This document shows positions 17,406 to 26,633 of a stretch of 52,480 nucleotides of DNA, piece by piece. This stretch comes from a virus (lineage: Duplodnaviria > Caudoviricetes), in IMG/VR virus record IMGVR_UViG_3300023170_002258, positions 1 to 52,480 of that record. The stretch is one strand, 5' to 3'. The position numbers were made by a program, and so were the translations under genes. Position 1 is the stretch's first letter, and each line of letters begins with the position of its first letter. The notes beneath the pieces are model-generated. The model saw only the letters and a program-made list of their open reading frames with translations, searched no databases and had not been told where the DNA came from.

Positions 17406-18663
17406 TGTTTTCCCTATATTGCTTTAAAAAATCTAATTCCGGAATTGCCTGATACCATTTTTCAGATCGTATTTCGTCCCAATTTTCCCATTCAGTAAGA
17501 GTATCGTTTATTAAGCTAGTTAAACTTTGCTTATTTAAAAATTCTACTGTTCCTCTTGCACTTGTTTCCCAATAAGGATCATTTTCATTAACAAATTCAG
17601 GCAACGATACAACGTAGTCGATATAATCATTCCATTTTTTTGTTACAACTTTTTTAAATTCATCAGGCAATACTTGCATACAGAAATATTTAGGATCTAA
17701 TAAATTATTAAGTCGTATGCCATTTGGTTTTACATAACCTAATTCTATCCACTCTTTATGAAAATCTGGCAAATGCCATACGTTCATTATGCTAACTGTA
17801 GGTGTTATTGTAAAGTTAACTTCAGGCGCTTGCTCTAATAACATTTGTCTATTTTTTACAATATCGTTCCATACTGTTCCACTGCGTATGTATTCTGCTC
17901 TTTCATAACTAGCATCTAAACTTGCTGCAACATTTACATTTTTGAATTTTTTCCAAAGATCGATTACATTTTGTCTTTTGTAAAACAACTGACTAAAATT
18001 AGTTGTATAGTTAATTGTCATTACTTCACTTTGGCCAGTTTCGACCCAGTAGTTCATAATATCCCAATGTACATCCGTAATAAGAGGTTCTCCGCCAGCC
18101 CAGTAAACTTCTTCTACTGTGTCTAACAAAGGCCATAGTTCATCCATAAACCCTGGTTTGTTTTTTAATTGTAAAAACTTTTGTTGATCTAATGTTCCGT
18201 ATTTTTCTAAATAATCGTCATACCAGCTAGTACTAAAAATAGGCGAACAAGATCTGCATTTCATATTACACAAATTACTAAACCTAAAATCCATGTATGT
18301 AAAATTAGGATTGTTATGAGTTCCATCTTCTTTTGTATCTAGCACTTCATCAAACTTATGTCCAAATTTGTTATTCATATTTTTTCTTAGTGTATATGCA
18401 TCTGCGTCGGCTTCAAGTTCGTAGCACCGTTTACATGTTTCACTAGGACAATCGGACAACATGTTTTTTCTTAGCTCTTTGGCAAGATTGCTGTTCCAAA
18501 GTTCTTTTATAGTACTAATATTTGTATTACCATAATTTTCTAATGCAGGATCACTTAAACAACACGGAAACGAAGTGCCGTCGGGCCATACATGCATATG
18601 TATCCACGGTGCCATGCAAAAATTTTTACTTTCTGACAGCAAGTATTCTTTGTCAATTTTCAT
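17395..18663 (-). CDS. Radical SAM protein with N-terminal Twitch/SPASM-like module
   Basis: CMAPW...PDG...PCC...CKRC, then CNMKCRSC, AGGEPL, YTTN. Confidence 0.93.
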   Translation of the reverse strand: MKIDKEYLLSESKNFCMAPWIHMHVWPDGTSFPCCLSDPALENYGNTNISTIKELWNSNLAKELRKNMLSDCPSETCKRCYELEADADAYTLRKNMNNKFGHKFDEVLDTKEDGTHNNPNFTYMDFRFSNLCNMKCRSCSPIFSTSWYDDYLEKYGTLDQQKFLQLKNKPGFMDELWPLLDTVEEVYWAGGEPLITDVHWDIMNYWVETGQSEVMTINYTTNFSQLFYKRQNVIDLWKKFKNVNVAASLDASYERAEYIRSGTVWNDIVKNRQMLLEQAPEVNFTITPTVSIMNVWHLPDFHKEWIELGYVKPNGIRLNNLLDPKYFCMQVLPDEFKKVVTKKWNDYIDYVVSLPEFVNENDPYWETSARGTVEFLNKQSLTSLINDTLTEWENWDEIRSEKWYQAIPELDFLKQYRENNER

Positions 18664-19957
18664 GTTTTTCTTTATCCAATTCGAATATATGTTTGTTTAA
18701 CCTGTCAAACGTCACACGCCAATCTGTCTTGCGACTTTTATCTAACGTGTCATTATAGTGTACAAATTTTTTTCTTAATTCTTTTGCATGTTCTTCTGTA
18801 TGAAAATCGCTTTCTAAAAATTTTATAATTTGAGTTAATCCATGCTTCCAATAAGTATTATCAATCTCAGAATTTTCATTTAAGTACATACTTAATTTAT
18901 TTATAACATAATTTTTATTGGCTTTTGGCAAAATACGAGCGTCTAGATATTTTGGATTTTCTAATATAATAGGACTCCAAATATATACTCGCTCAGACTC
19001 TGCTTTATGATATGATCGATGTAACTTTACCCAATCAATTATATTAGTTATATTGTCATAATTATATACTTGAAATACAGTGTAGTGTTTAATTATCCAG
19101 TTAGTAGGAAACTTGTAGTACAACTTCACAATATTTTCTTCTACGTGTTTCCATTGAGTAGGATATCGTATATAATGATTTCTTTCAAACACATCGTCTA
19201 TACTAATCTGTATTTCGCCATGTTTAAATTTACTCATAGTGTTGAAAAATTCTTCGTTGTAGTTTGTTAAATTAGTAGTAAGTGCAATATAACAATCAGT
19301 ATTACCGCTATCTAAAATATAATTCATAATTTCTATATTTTTTGCTATCAGAGTAGGTTCTCCACCAGTTAAATATAGTCTTTTTAATGAAGGTGCTAAT
19401 TTTTCTATTGTACTTAAAAACGTAGGATTTTCCCACCAACGCCATTCTTGTTGGTCTGCCAAATTGACTTCTTTGCTCCATTCTTCCAAGAGCCAATCAT
19501 TTTCAGATTGTTGTTTGATTAGTTTGTGTCTTTCATCTCTTATACGATCGCTACTTAAACTCCAACAACTGTTGCATCTCAGATTACAAAAATTTCCTAG
19601 TCTTAGTTCTAAACTACTAGGCAATGGAGGATCAACTTTTTTAATTTCTTTTAAGTTATAATCTGCATGTTTAAATTCTTGCCATGCACTTTGCCTAGAA
19701 CTTTGTACCCCGATATCTTCTAAACGCCAGCATACATCACACGCAGAAGGACGTTCACCGTTTAACATTTGCCGACGAACATTTTTCATATATTCACTGT
19801 TCCAGATTTCTTCGATTGAATTTGTTCCAAAATTCAATTCTTTTTTGTCCGAGCCATGAACATGTAGATTTTCGTTTATACTACAGCATAACTTAACACT
19901 ACCTTCGGTATTGCTGTTTAAATTTACAAAAGGATATAGGCAAAATGTATTGCTCAA
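18653..19957 (-). CDS. Radical SAM protein with N-terminal Twitch/SPASM-like module (TTG start)
   Basis: CLYPF...EG.VKLCC...CDVC, then CNLRCNSC, TGGEP, LTTN. Confidence 0.92.
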   Translation of the reverse strand: MSNTFCLYPFVNLNSNTEGSVKLCCSINENLHVHGSDKKELNFGTNSIEEIWNSEYMKNVRRQMLNGERPSACDVCWRLEDIGVQSSRQSAWQEFKHADYNLKEIKKVDPPLPSSLELRLGNFCNLRCNSCWSLSSDRIRDERHKLIKQQSENDWLLEEWSKEVNLADQQEWRWWENPTFLSTIEKLAPSLKRLYLTGGEPTLIAKNIEIMNYILDSGNTDCYIALTTNLTNYNEEFFNTMSKFKHGEIQISIDDVFERNHYIRYPTQWKHVEENIVKLYYKFPTNWIIKHYTVFQVYNYDNITNIIDWVKLHRSYHKAESERVYIWSPIILENPKYLDARILPKANKNYVINKLSMYLNENSEIDNTYWKHGLTQIIKFLESDFHTEEHAKELRKKFVHYNDTLDKSRKTDWRVTFDRLNKHIFELDKEKHEN

Positions 19958-21609
19958 CTATAATCTCCAATTAATATATCTTTCGAATATATTTTTGTGG
20001 AATAGTTATTTATTTTTCTGTAATTTATCAATGATTCTGCTAATTTCGGATGATGCCAAACAAAATCGTCTTCGTAATGAAATTCAATCGGTGCAGATTT
20101 CATCATTGCTTTTTTAACATCATCGTTATATCCCATGTTATTGATATCAAACAATGTACTACACAAGTCATAATAATCTTTCATTTCCGGAAACACTTTT
20201 AAAAAATTTGTTCCTCTTCGTTTGTCTGTTCCTCTAATAAAAAGAAACCAATTTCTTCTAGCATCGTCAATTTGCCGAGGTTCTAGGTAATGATCTGTGT
20301 TTACTTTTGAACGCTTTTCTTTAATTTCGTTCCAATATTGTTGCACTCTTTTCCAAATTTTAATTTCCTCGTCACTAAAAAAATTAAAATATTGATCTGC
20401 ATGTTCTTCTTCGGCAAACTGTTCCCAGTTTGATCGCCATGCAAACATATCAAAAAACTGGTCAATTTTATCAAAGTAATGATCATACGAATCAGGTAAA
20501 CCAATTAGCGTCCAATGATTTGGTTCAGTACAATGTGGTGTGTCAAATGTAATTTTAGGAAAACGCTTACCTCTTTGTAAATCAATACGCCATTCAATAA
20601 TTTTTTCTAAAAACTCCACATAGCTTGTTACACACATAATATTAAATGTGTTCATAATTTTAATTCCATTAAATTTATCGACGCTATGGTAGCTCATTTC
20701 TTTCATTATAGTTCTTAAGTTAGTTTCAAAGAGTTCCAAGTCTAATCCATTTCTGGTATAAGACGCACGTTCTCCCCAACTTTCAACACTACTAAAAATT
20801 TGGAAATTTTTGATTTTATTGTCATCTATCAGTCCATTAACAATAGTACATAATCTCTTAACTAATTTGTTTTTTACATTAAGATTTGTATTAAGTTGTA
20901 CAATCATATCTGCGCATTCGTTTGTTTTCTCTAATCTATCTAAAAATTTCCAAACGTTTTGCTGCAGTAGCGGCTCACCGCCTGTGATACGAATTACTTT
21001 TAAAGATTTGCGAAGCTCAGGCCACCATTTCCAAAATGCGTCTACATATGGATTATCTTCTTCTGGATAGATTTTTTCGTCTAATACCTGTAAGTGATCT
21101 GCAAATTCCAACGGACCGTTATCGTTCATTTCTTTCATCCATGCACTACTAGCTTTAGGATGACAGTACGCACATTTCATATTACATTCGTTACCGAAGC
21201 TAATTTCTAAGTATGTAGGACGATATGTGTGATCCCAGCCATTCTCTTTAATTTTTTCATGTGCATCCGGTGTAAGTAATATCTCGTTTTTACTTTTAAT
21301 TATTCTGTCGCTAATATACTCATTTCCCATATCTTCAACACGCCAACAATAATTACATTCGCTAGGACGTTTGCCTGTTAGCATTTCTTTTCGACGAGCA
21401 ATTTTGTGCTTAGTATTATGTAATGCACTCGGATTGTCTTTAATTTCACTTAGTTGAATTTGATGAGGTAGCGGATGATAACAACTATGCGTTTGCCCAC
21501 TTTGTAGATATATTGTACTAGTAAAAAATTTTGCAGTACACATTGTATCGCACTGATAAATTTCTTTCATATTTTCACGTTCGGAATAATAGTCTATGTT
21601 TTTATACAT
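19954..21609 (-). CDS. Radical SAM protein with N-terminal Twitch-like module (second subfamily)
   Basis: CTAKF...GQTHSCYHP...ECNYCW, then CNMKCAYC, TGGEPL, LNTN. Confidence 0.92.
   Translation of the reverse strand: MYKNIDYYSERENMKEIYQCDTMCTAKFFTSTIYLQSGQTHSCYHPLPHQIQLSEIKDNPSALHNTKHKIARRKEMLTGKRPSECNYCWRVEDMGNEYISDRIIKSKNEILLTPDAHEKIKENGWDHTYRPTYLEISFGNECNMKCAYCHPKASSAWMKEMNDNGPLEFADHLQVLDEKIYPEEDNPYVDAFWKWWPELRKSLKVIRITGGEPLLQQNVWKFLDRLEKTNECADMIVQLNTNLNVKNKLVKRLCTIVNGLIDDNKIKNFQIFSSVESWGERASYTRNGLDLELFETNLRTIMKEMSYHSVDKFNGIKIMNTFNIMCVTSYVEFLEKIIEWRIDLQRGKRFPKITFDTPHCTEPNHWTLIGLPDSYDHYFDKIDQFFDMFAWRSNWEQFAEEEHADQYFNFFSDEEIKIWKRVQQYWNEIKEKRSKVNTDHYLEPRQIDDARRNWFLFIRGTDKRRGTNFLKVFPEMKDYYDLCSTLFDINNMGYNDDVKKAMMKSAPIEFHYEDDFVWHHPKLAESLINYRKINNYSTKIYSKDILIGDYS
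21017..21054. repeat. 38-bp exact direct repeat, copy 1 (copy 2 at 22431..22468)
   Basis: tcaggccaccatttccaaaatgcgtctacatatggatt occurs at both positions; it encodes NPYVDAFWKWWPE in both paralogs. Confidence 0.85.
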
Positions 21610-23062
21610 TATACTTTTCTTTCCATTCTAAAAATGTATCAGTAAATTCTGGAAAAACATTTTTGAAATTCGTATTTCTTCTTTTGTCGTGTTCTTGAAA
21701 AAATCTAACAAAATTTTCTTCTGCTTCTTCTCGTTCAGTTGAATTATCGAATCCTTGTTTCATAAATTCAATGCTTCTGTCAAATCTTTCAATTTGGTGC
21801 GGCTTAAACCCAACCCATCTGCTTTCTCTGTGTTTATCCGTATTTGCTTTCATAAAATCTAAAGCGTCATCAGCATAGTGCCAGTATTTCTCAGGAGTGA
21901 GCTGTAAACTTTGCCAATGAGGATATCTCAACATAGGAGTATCAATGAATACTTTATGATGTCCATAAACAATAATATTTCCGTTTTTATCACGTCTGCT
22001 TTTACTAACATTATGAACTCGTTGTAGTTCTAATATACCTTTTAATAACTTTTGTATACTAGGCAAACTTAACATATTAAATGTGACAATAAATGTAACA
22101 AGGCCTTCGTCTACTCTACTTAGATAATTATGAACATTATTCCACATACGATCAAAATCTAATCCATGTCTGATGTACTCTGCTTGATCACCCCAGCCAT
22201 CTAAACTGACAAATATTCTAAAACGTTTTAATTTTTTGTGTTCACTAATAAAGCTAACTTTATCAACAAAATTATTCCACAGCTTGTCAGGAACACTAGC
22301 ATTAGTAGTTACTGCTATTTCTAAATCTTCTCGTGGATTATCGATAACATGATCTAATACACGAAATGTATTTTTATCCATCAAAGGCTCGCCGCCTGTC
22401 ATTCTGAAGTTCTGTAGTTTAGGATATAATTCAGGCCACCATTTCCAAAATGCGTCTACATATGGATTTTCTTCTCTATTTGGAATCGGATATTGATTAA
22501 TTTGTTTAAAATAATCTATACTATTATGAGGAACAATTGTAGGATAAGGTCCATTTTGTTCGATATCTTCTGCCCACTTTGAACTTAAATGCGGACTACA
22601 ATAGCTACATGCTAAGTTACATGCGTGATTAAAATTAATTTCCATAAAACGAGGCTCAATATCCCCATCGGGTCCTTTTTCCAATACATCATCCCATCCA
22701 GCTTGTGCCCATGGCTCCGACGAACGATAATGTCGATCACTTAAAAAGTCTCGGCCCATCGATTCAATATTCCAACAGTAACTACATCCGTCAGGCTTTT
22801 CACCTCGCATCATCATATTACGTTGTTCTTTTTTCTCAGGAGTATTATGCAAACCTTTTGGATTATTAACAATATTTTTTGGATCAATTTTATGTATTGG
22901 AGGCAAGAAGCAACTGTTAGTTGTTCCATTGGTTAAATGAATACTAGTCCATAGCCATTTTGCCATGCACATACTTGGACTAATTTTATTTAATTCTGGA
23001 GCAATTTTTTCTGCTGCTATTTGTGGATCTGGATCTACTTCGAAATTATTTTTATTTGTCAT
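21602..23062 (-). CDS. Radical SAM protein with N-terminal Twitch-like module (second subfamily; paralog of 19954..21609)
   Basis: CMAKW...GTTNSCFLP...GCSYCW, then CNLACSYC, TGGEPL, VTTN. Confidence 0.92.
   Translation of the reverse strand: MTNKNNFEVDPDPQIAAEKIAPELNKISPSMCMAKWLWTSIHLTNGTTNSCFLPPIHKIDPKNIVNNPKGLHNTPEKKEQRNMMMRGEKPDGCSYCWNIESMGRDFLSDRHYRSSEPWAQAGWDDVLEKGPDGDIEPRFMEINFNHACNLACSYCSPHLSSKWAEDIEQNGPYPTIVPHNSIDYFKQINQYPIPNREENPYVDAFWKWWPELYPKLQNFRMTGGEPLMDKNTFRVLDHVIDNPREDLEIAVTTNASVPDKLWNNFVDKVSFISEHKKLKRFRIFVSLDGWGDQAEYIRHGLDFDRMWNNVHNYLSRVDEGLVTFIVTFNMLSLPSIQKLLKGILELQRVHNVSKSRRDKNGNIIVYGHHKVFIDTPMLRYPHWQSLQLTPEKYWHYADDALDFMKANTDKHRESRWVGFKPHQIERFDRSIEFMKQGFDNSTEREEAEENFVRFFQEHDKRRNTNFKNVFPEFTDTFLEWKEKYNV
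22431..22468. repeat. 38-bp exact direct repeat, copy 2
   Basis: Identical to 21017..21054. Confidence 0.85.
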
Positions 23063-23829
23063 TTTCTTTCTATATCCTCTTCAACACAACGAGTCCCAAA
23101 TTGTACTTCTAATATATGTGCTGGTATGTTGCCTTTGTTTGTGGTTTTGTGCCACCAGTTTGGTCTTATTAAAAAATCTGTGTGTTGTGTTAGTCCTTGT
23201 ATTTGCCACTGACCATTTGGGAATTCTAAATCAATCCATACTTCACCTTGTAGTACATACCAATGTTCACTTCTATCTTTGTGTCTTTGATTACTTAAAC
23301 TGCATCCAGGGTTAATAACAAGTTCTTTAACTTTTATTCCTTCTTGCGGTTGTTTATCATCTAACACACGCCAGTAACCCCAGTCTCTTTCTGTCTTATT
23401 AGTTTTCCATTTATCTAGTATCCAACTGCTAGAGTTTTGCTTGTGTTCACCTCCTACACCAAAAGCAAACGTAACATCGGGATGATTTTTATAACGAAGA
23501 TATTCAGGAGTTGTTGTATCATTACGATCTCCACCATTTGCAAATACTATTTCATTATCTGTGCTATTTAATATTTGTTGAATTGCATCGCAAGCACTAC
23601 CATCTGTATCATCAAACTCAATGGTATGGTTTACATATTCTAATGCTTCGACAATTATTTTTCTTTCAGACAATGGAAGAAATGCATATCCTTTTTTTCT
23701 AGAAAGCCACTCATCACTATTAAGTCCAACAATCAAACTATCTCCAAGGCGGCGAGCTTCTTTTAAATATGAAATATGACCGCTGTGCAACGGATCAAAT
23801 CCTCCAGTGACAAGTACAGTTTTTTTCAT
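23059..23829 (-). CDS. HxGH cytidylyl/adenylyltransferase (TagD/RfaE-like) fused to a mannose-6-phosphate-isomerase-type cupin
   Basis: TGGFDPLHSGH, VGLNSD, ANGGDR, KQNSSS; C-terminal ERDWGYW, LSNQRH..RSEHWYV..G, EVQFG..CVEEDIER. Confidence 0.9.
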   Translation of the reverse strand: MKKTVLVTGGFDPLHSGHISYLKEARRLGDSLIVGLNSDEWLSRKKGYAFLPLSERKIIVEALEYVNHTIEFDDTDGSACDAIQQILNSTDNEIVFANGGDRNDTTTPEYLRYKNHPDVTFAFGVGGEHKQNSSSWILDKWKTNKTERDWGYWRVLDDKQPQEGIKVKELVINPGCSLSNQRHKDRSEHWYVLQGEVWIDLEFPNGQWQIQGLTQHTDFLIRPNWWHKTTNKGNIPAHILEVQFGTRCVEEDIERK

Positions 23830-24813
23830 TTAACTTTCAATCGAATCTTTAACCTGATCTTCTCGAATTTGAGGGCCTAGTCTACTAGGATTGCGATATA
23901 CTGTTTTCCAAAAACGTGACCCTTCTACTCCGACATCAGCTATTTCTAAATCTAGTTTACCACGCAGTTCACTGCCTAGTTCTAGTGTACGAGCTTTAAG
24001 TTTTTCTGGACACCAACTAACGCCTGTACGTGGACATAATTCAACTCCGTCTGCAAATTCAGGTAATAATTCTGTGTTAAAATAATTACTTAACCAATCA
24101 AAGTCACGGACATTTCTCCAATCCCAATCGTGTCGTGTAATATTTGTCATATATGCACCAAGACGTGCACCGTAAATAGCCCATAGTCCGTTTGTTGTAT
24201 CTTCCCCGATTGTCATCCATACCATTAAACGTCTGTAGTTTTCTCTAAAAATTTGTTTAAGTTTCTCAGGAGGAACAACATCGCCGTTTTCTAACCCCAT
24301 TTTAACACCTTCACGGAAACCAGCACGCCATGCTTGTAGAGGACTACCATTATTATGTACCCAACTATACCAATTGTTCATTTGTACATAATGAATATTC
24401 CAGCAAAAATCTACTTGTGCACGTTTATCGCTTTCAGGTGCCGCTTCATGTGTACGCATTCGATTCACAACATCTACGGGCCACATTTTAATCCCGCCGT
24501 TGCCGTATACCAATCCGTTTACTACATTTTTTGCTGCAAAACTAATAACGTGGTTTGCGCCCACTTTATCCATATCTAACTCAATATTAAAAAAATCGTC
24601 GTTAACAATATTATCAGCATCTACTGTAATGAAACGTTCGGTTTCACTCAGTGCTGCGGCAGCTTTGTGTGCTGCATCGCTTCCCCAAACACCATGACTA
24701 CGTTTGGCCCAGGGACACTTTTCTAGTAGATCTGCATAGTTTTCATCTGCATTAGGTTCATCATAGCTAATATATACTATGTCAAAATCATTTATACTAA
24801 CAATGTTAGACAT
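23830..24813 (-). CDS. Putative GT-A-fold glycosyltransferase
   Basis: DIVYISYDEP, AAHKAAA, TVDADN (DxD), YGNGGIK, AWRAGFREGVK. GAGGAA ribosome-binding site 7 nt before ATG 24813 (track start 24828). Confidence 0.6.
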   Translation of the reverse strand: MSNIVSINDFDIVYISYDEPNADENYADLLEKCPWAKRSHGVWGSDAAHKAAAALSETERFITVDADNIVNDDFFNIELDMDKVGANHVISFAAKNVVNGLVYGNGGIKMWPVDVVNRMRTHEAAPESDKRAQVDFCWNIHYVQMNNWYSWVHNNGSPLQAWRAGFREGVKMGLENGDVVPPEKLKQIFRENYRRLMVWMTIGEDTTNGLWAIYGARLGAYMTNITRHDWDWRNVRDFDWLSNYFNTELLPEFADGVELCPRTGVSWCPEKLKARTLELGSELRGKLDLEIADVGVEGSRFWKTVYRNPSRLGPQIREDQVKDSIES

Positions 24814-25807
24814 TTTCCAATTCCTCAATTTTGAAAGTAATATTTTTACCTTCAGGACCTAGTAATATTTTACAAGTTGTAGGGTCAACTTTTGTTTTTA
24901 CAATATATTCTTGATTGTATCCAATACTAGTAAACGGTATAGTAATACTGTCTAATAATATATTCGGATTGTTTCCAGTCAAAAACATATTAATATCTTT
25001 ATATATTTTATGTTCGTGCGGATCGTTAAAGTTACTACGTATAATCCAACCTTGTGTACTTGGACTTACACTAAATGTTGCAAAATTTTCTACTTTACTA
25101 TCGTAAATATTAGTATGAAATCTTTTGTTGTTTTGTGCTAGTCCATAGTCTACTGTAACATAGTTTTGTTTAATTTTCAACCCATAACTTCTAAAAATTC
25201 TACGGGTTAAAATATCAATATCTGCAAGTGCAATTGTGTTTCGTAAATTAGAAAAATCAAAAAGTATATATCCTTTTTCAATTAAATCTACTGGATCAAT
25301 TTCTATAGTTTCTAACAATCTTATTGGGTTATTTTTTTCAACAATATAAAGTACAATTTTTTCGTAAGCATTATCTCGTTGAATTTTAACTTCACTAGAA
25401 TTAACTTTTCCTGTTAGCTGATATATTAAATCTGTACTAACATTTACTTCAACTTTGTAGTCCGACAAATATAACACAACGTTAAGATCTTTATTTACCG
25501 TTGGTTTAACTTTTGGTAGTTTACTTAAATAATTTTCTGCTTGTTTTATTCTGAGATAATTTTTCTTTTCGACAAGTTTAAATCCGTCTACTAGATCAGC
25601 AACAACATACTTTTTAGTATTTTTAACACCTTTCATAAGATCCATAACAACAGGATCAGTTGTTTTTAGATAAGGGTCGTGTAACTGTTCTCTAACTTTA
25701 TTAGAGATAGCGGTAATTTCTCCTGACCACTCGTCAAAATACACATAAAAATTATGCGGCTTCGATGGTGCTTTGACTTGTTCTATTAAACTTATTTCTG
25801 AGGTCAT
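24806..25807 (-). CDS. Hypothetical protein (333 aa) in the glycosyltransferase block
   Basis: Long ORF overlapping both neighbours; no recognised motif; possible internal duplication (LYIVEKNNPIRLLETIEI / MFLTGNNPNILLDSITI). Confidence 0.75.
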   Translation of the reverse strand: MTSEISLIEQVKAPSKPHNFYVYFDEWSGEITAISNKVREQLHDPYLKTTDPVVMDLMKGVKNTKKYVVADLVDGFKLVEKKNYLRIKQAENYLSKLPKVKPTVNKDLNVVLYLSDYKVEVNVSTDLIYQLTGKVNSSEVKIQRDNAYEKIVLYIVEKNNPIRLLETIEIDPVDLIEKGYILFDFSNLRNTIALADIDILTRRIFRSYGLKIKQNYVTVDYGLAQNNKRFHTNIYDSKVENFATFSVSPSTQGWIIRSNFNDPHEHKIYKDINMFLTGNNPNILLDSITIPFTSIGYNQEYIVKTKVDPTTCKILLGPEGKNITFKIEELENV

Positions 25808-26633
25808 TTAATATTTCTTCATTGATAAAATCTTCATCTCTGTAATGAACGATTCCGCTTCTTATTAAACTATTTTCTATTAGTAATCCGTTTTCAATAT
25901 CAAACCAACTATTAAACAATTCTGTCCAGTTTTTAGGAACATCATTTGTCCACAGATGCTGACTTAATGTGTCTATATCGTAAAAATTATTTAAATTACA
26001 AACTATACTACTAGTAATGTCTAAATGTTCTGTTATGATATTACATATAATATTTTTATCAAAACTTTCTGGTTTTATTTCTGTAAACACTGTGTTGTAT
26101 ACAGATCTCCAATTTTGGAAATAAGGATCTGCTAACTTAAACCATTCTTGTGCTAAATCAGTTGACGAATCAAAGTACATTAACTGATTATATAAAAGAG
26201 GTAATTCATATTTTAGTTCAATTTCAAACGAATTGGCTTTGTTTGTTGGTAAGTTTTTATATGTTCTTGCAAAACTAGTAACAGCTAAATCATAATTTTC
26301 AAATTGATCCCAAAGTAAATCTATATCAACATTTAAAAATAGTGTATCATAATCAACATATATAGTTTCATCAAACGGTGTACAGTGAATCATTTGCCAT
26401 ATGTTGCTTCCATGAAAGCCATCGGCATGTCCTGTATTACCAAATGGTAGTTCGGTAATGTAGTCGAATGCACTAAAATATTTTGACGATACTAAATCAC
26501 TTTTACCAGCATCTACTACCAAACATACTTCTGCTGCAGGGTCACAGTTTTTGATACTCAATGCAAGTGCATAACTGTACTTGATTTTATCTAAGTCTGT
26601 GTCAATTCCTAGTGTAATAAATCCTCGGCTCAT
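25752..26633 (-). CDS. Putative GT-A (GT8-like) glycosyltransferase
   Basis: YALALSIK, TPFDETIYVDYDTLF (DxD), LMYFD, GIVHY. Confidence 0.65.
   Translation of the reverse strand: MSRGFITLGIDTDLDKIKYSYALALSIKNCDPAAEVCLVVDAGKSDLVSSKYFSAFDYITELPFGNTGHADGFHGSNIWQMIHCTPFDETIYVDYDTLFLNVDIDLLWDQFENYDLAVTSFARTYKNLPTNKANSFEIELKYELPLLYNQLMYFDSSTDLAQEWFKLADPYFQNWRSVYNTVFTEIKPESFDKNIICNIITEHLDITSSIVCNLNNFYDIDTLSQHLWTNDVPKNWTELFNSWFDIENGLLIENSLIRSGIVHYRDEDFINEEILNDLRNKFNRTSQSTIEAA

Noticed and set aside
13063-23062. Assignment of the radical SAMs to MoaA, PqqE, anSME, QueE or NrdG, or to a 7-deazaguanine DNA-modification system
   Set aside because: Domain order differs, and none of the partner genes (moaC, pqq, sulfatase, queC/queD/folE, dpdA, nrdD) is in the window.
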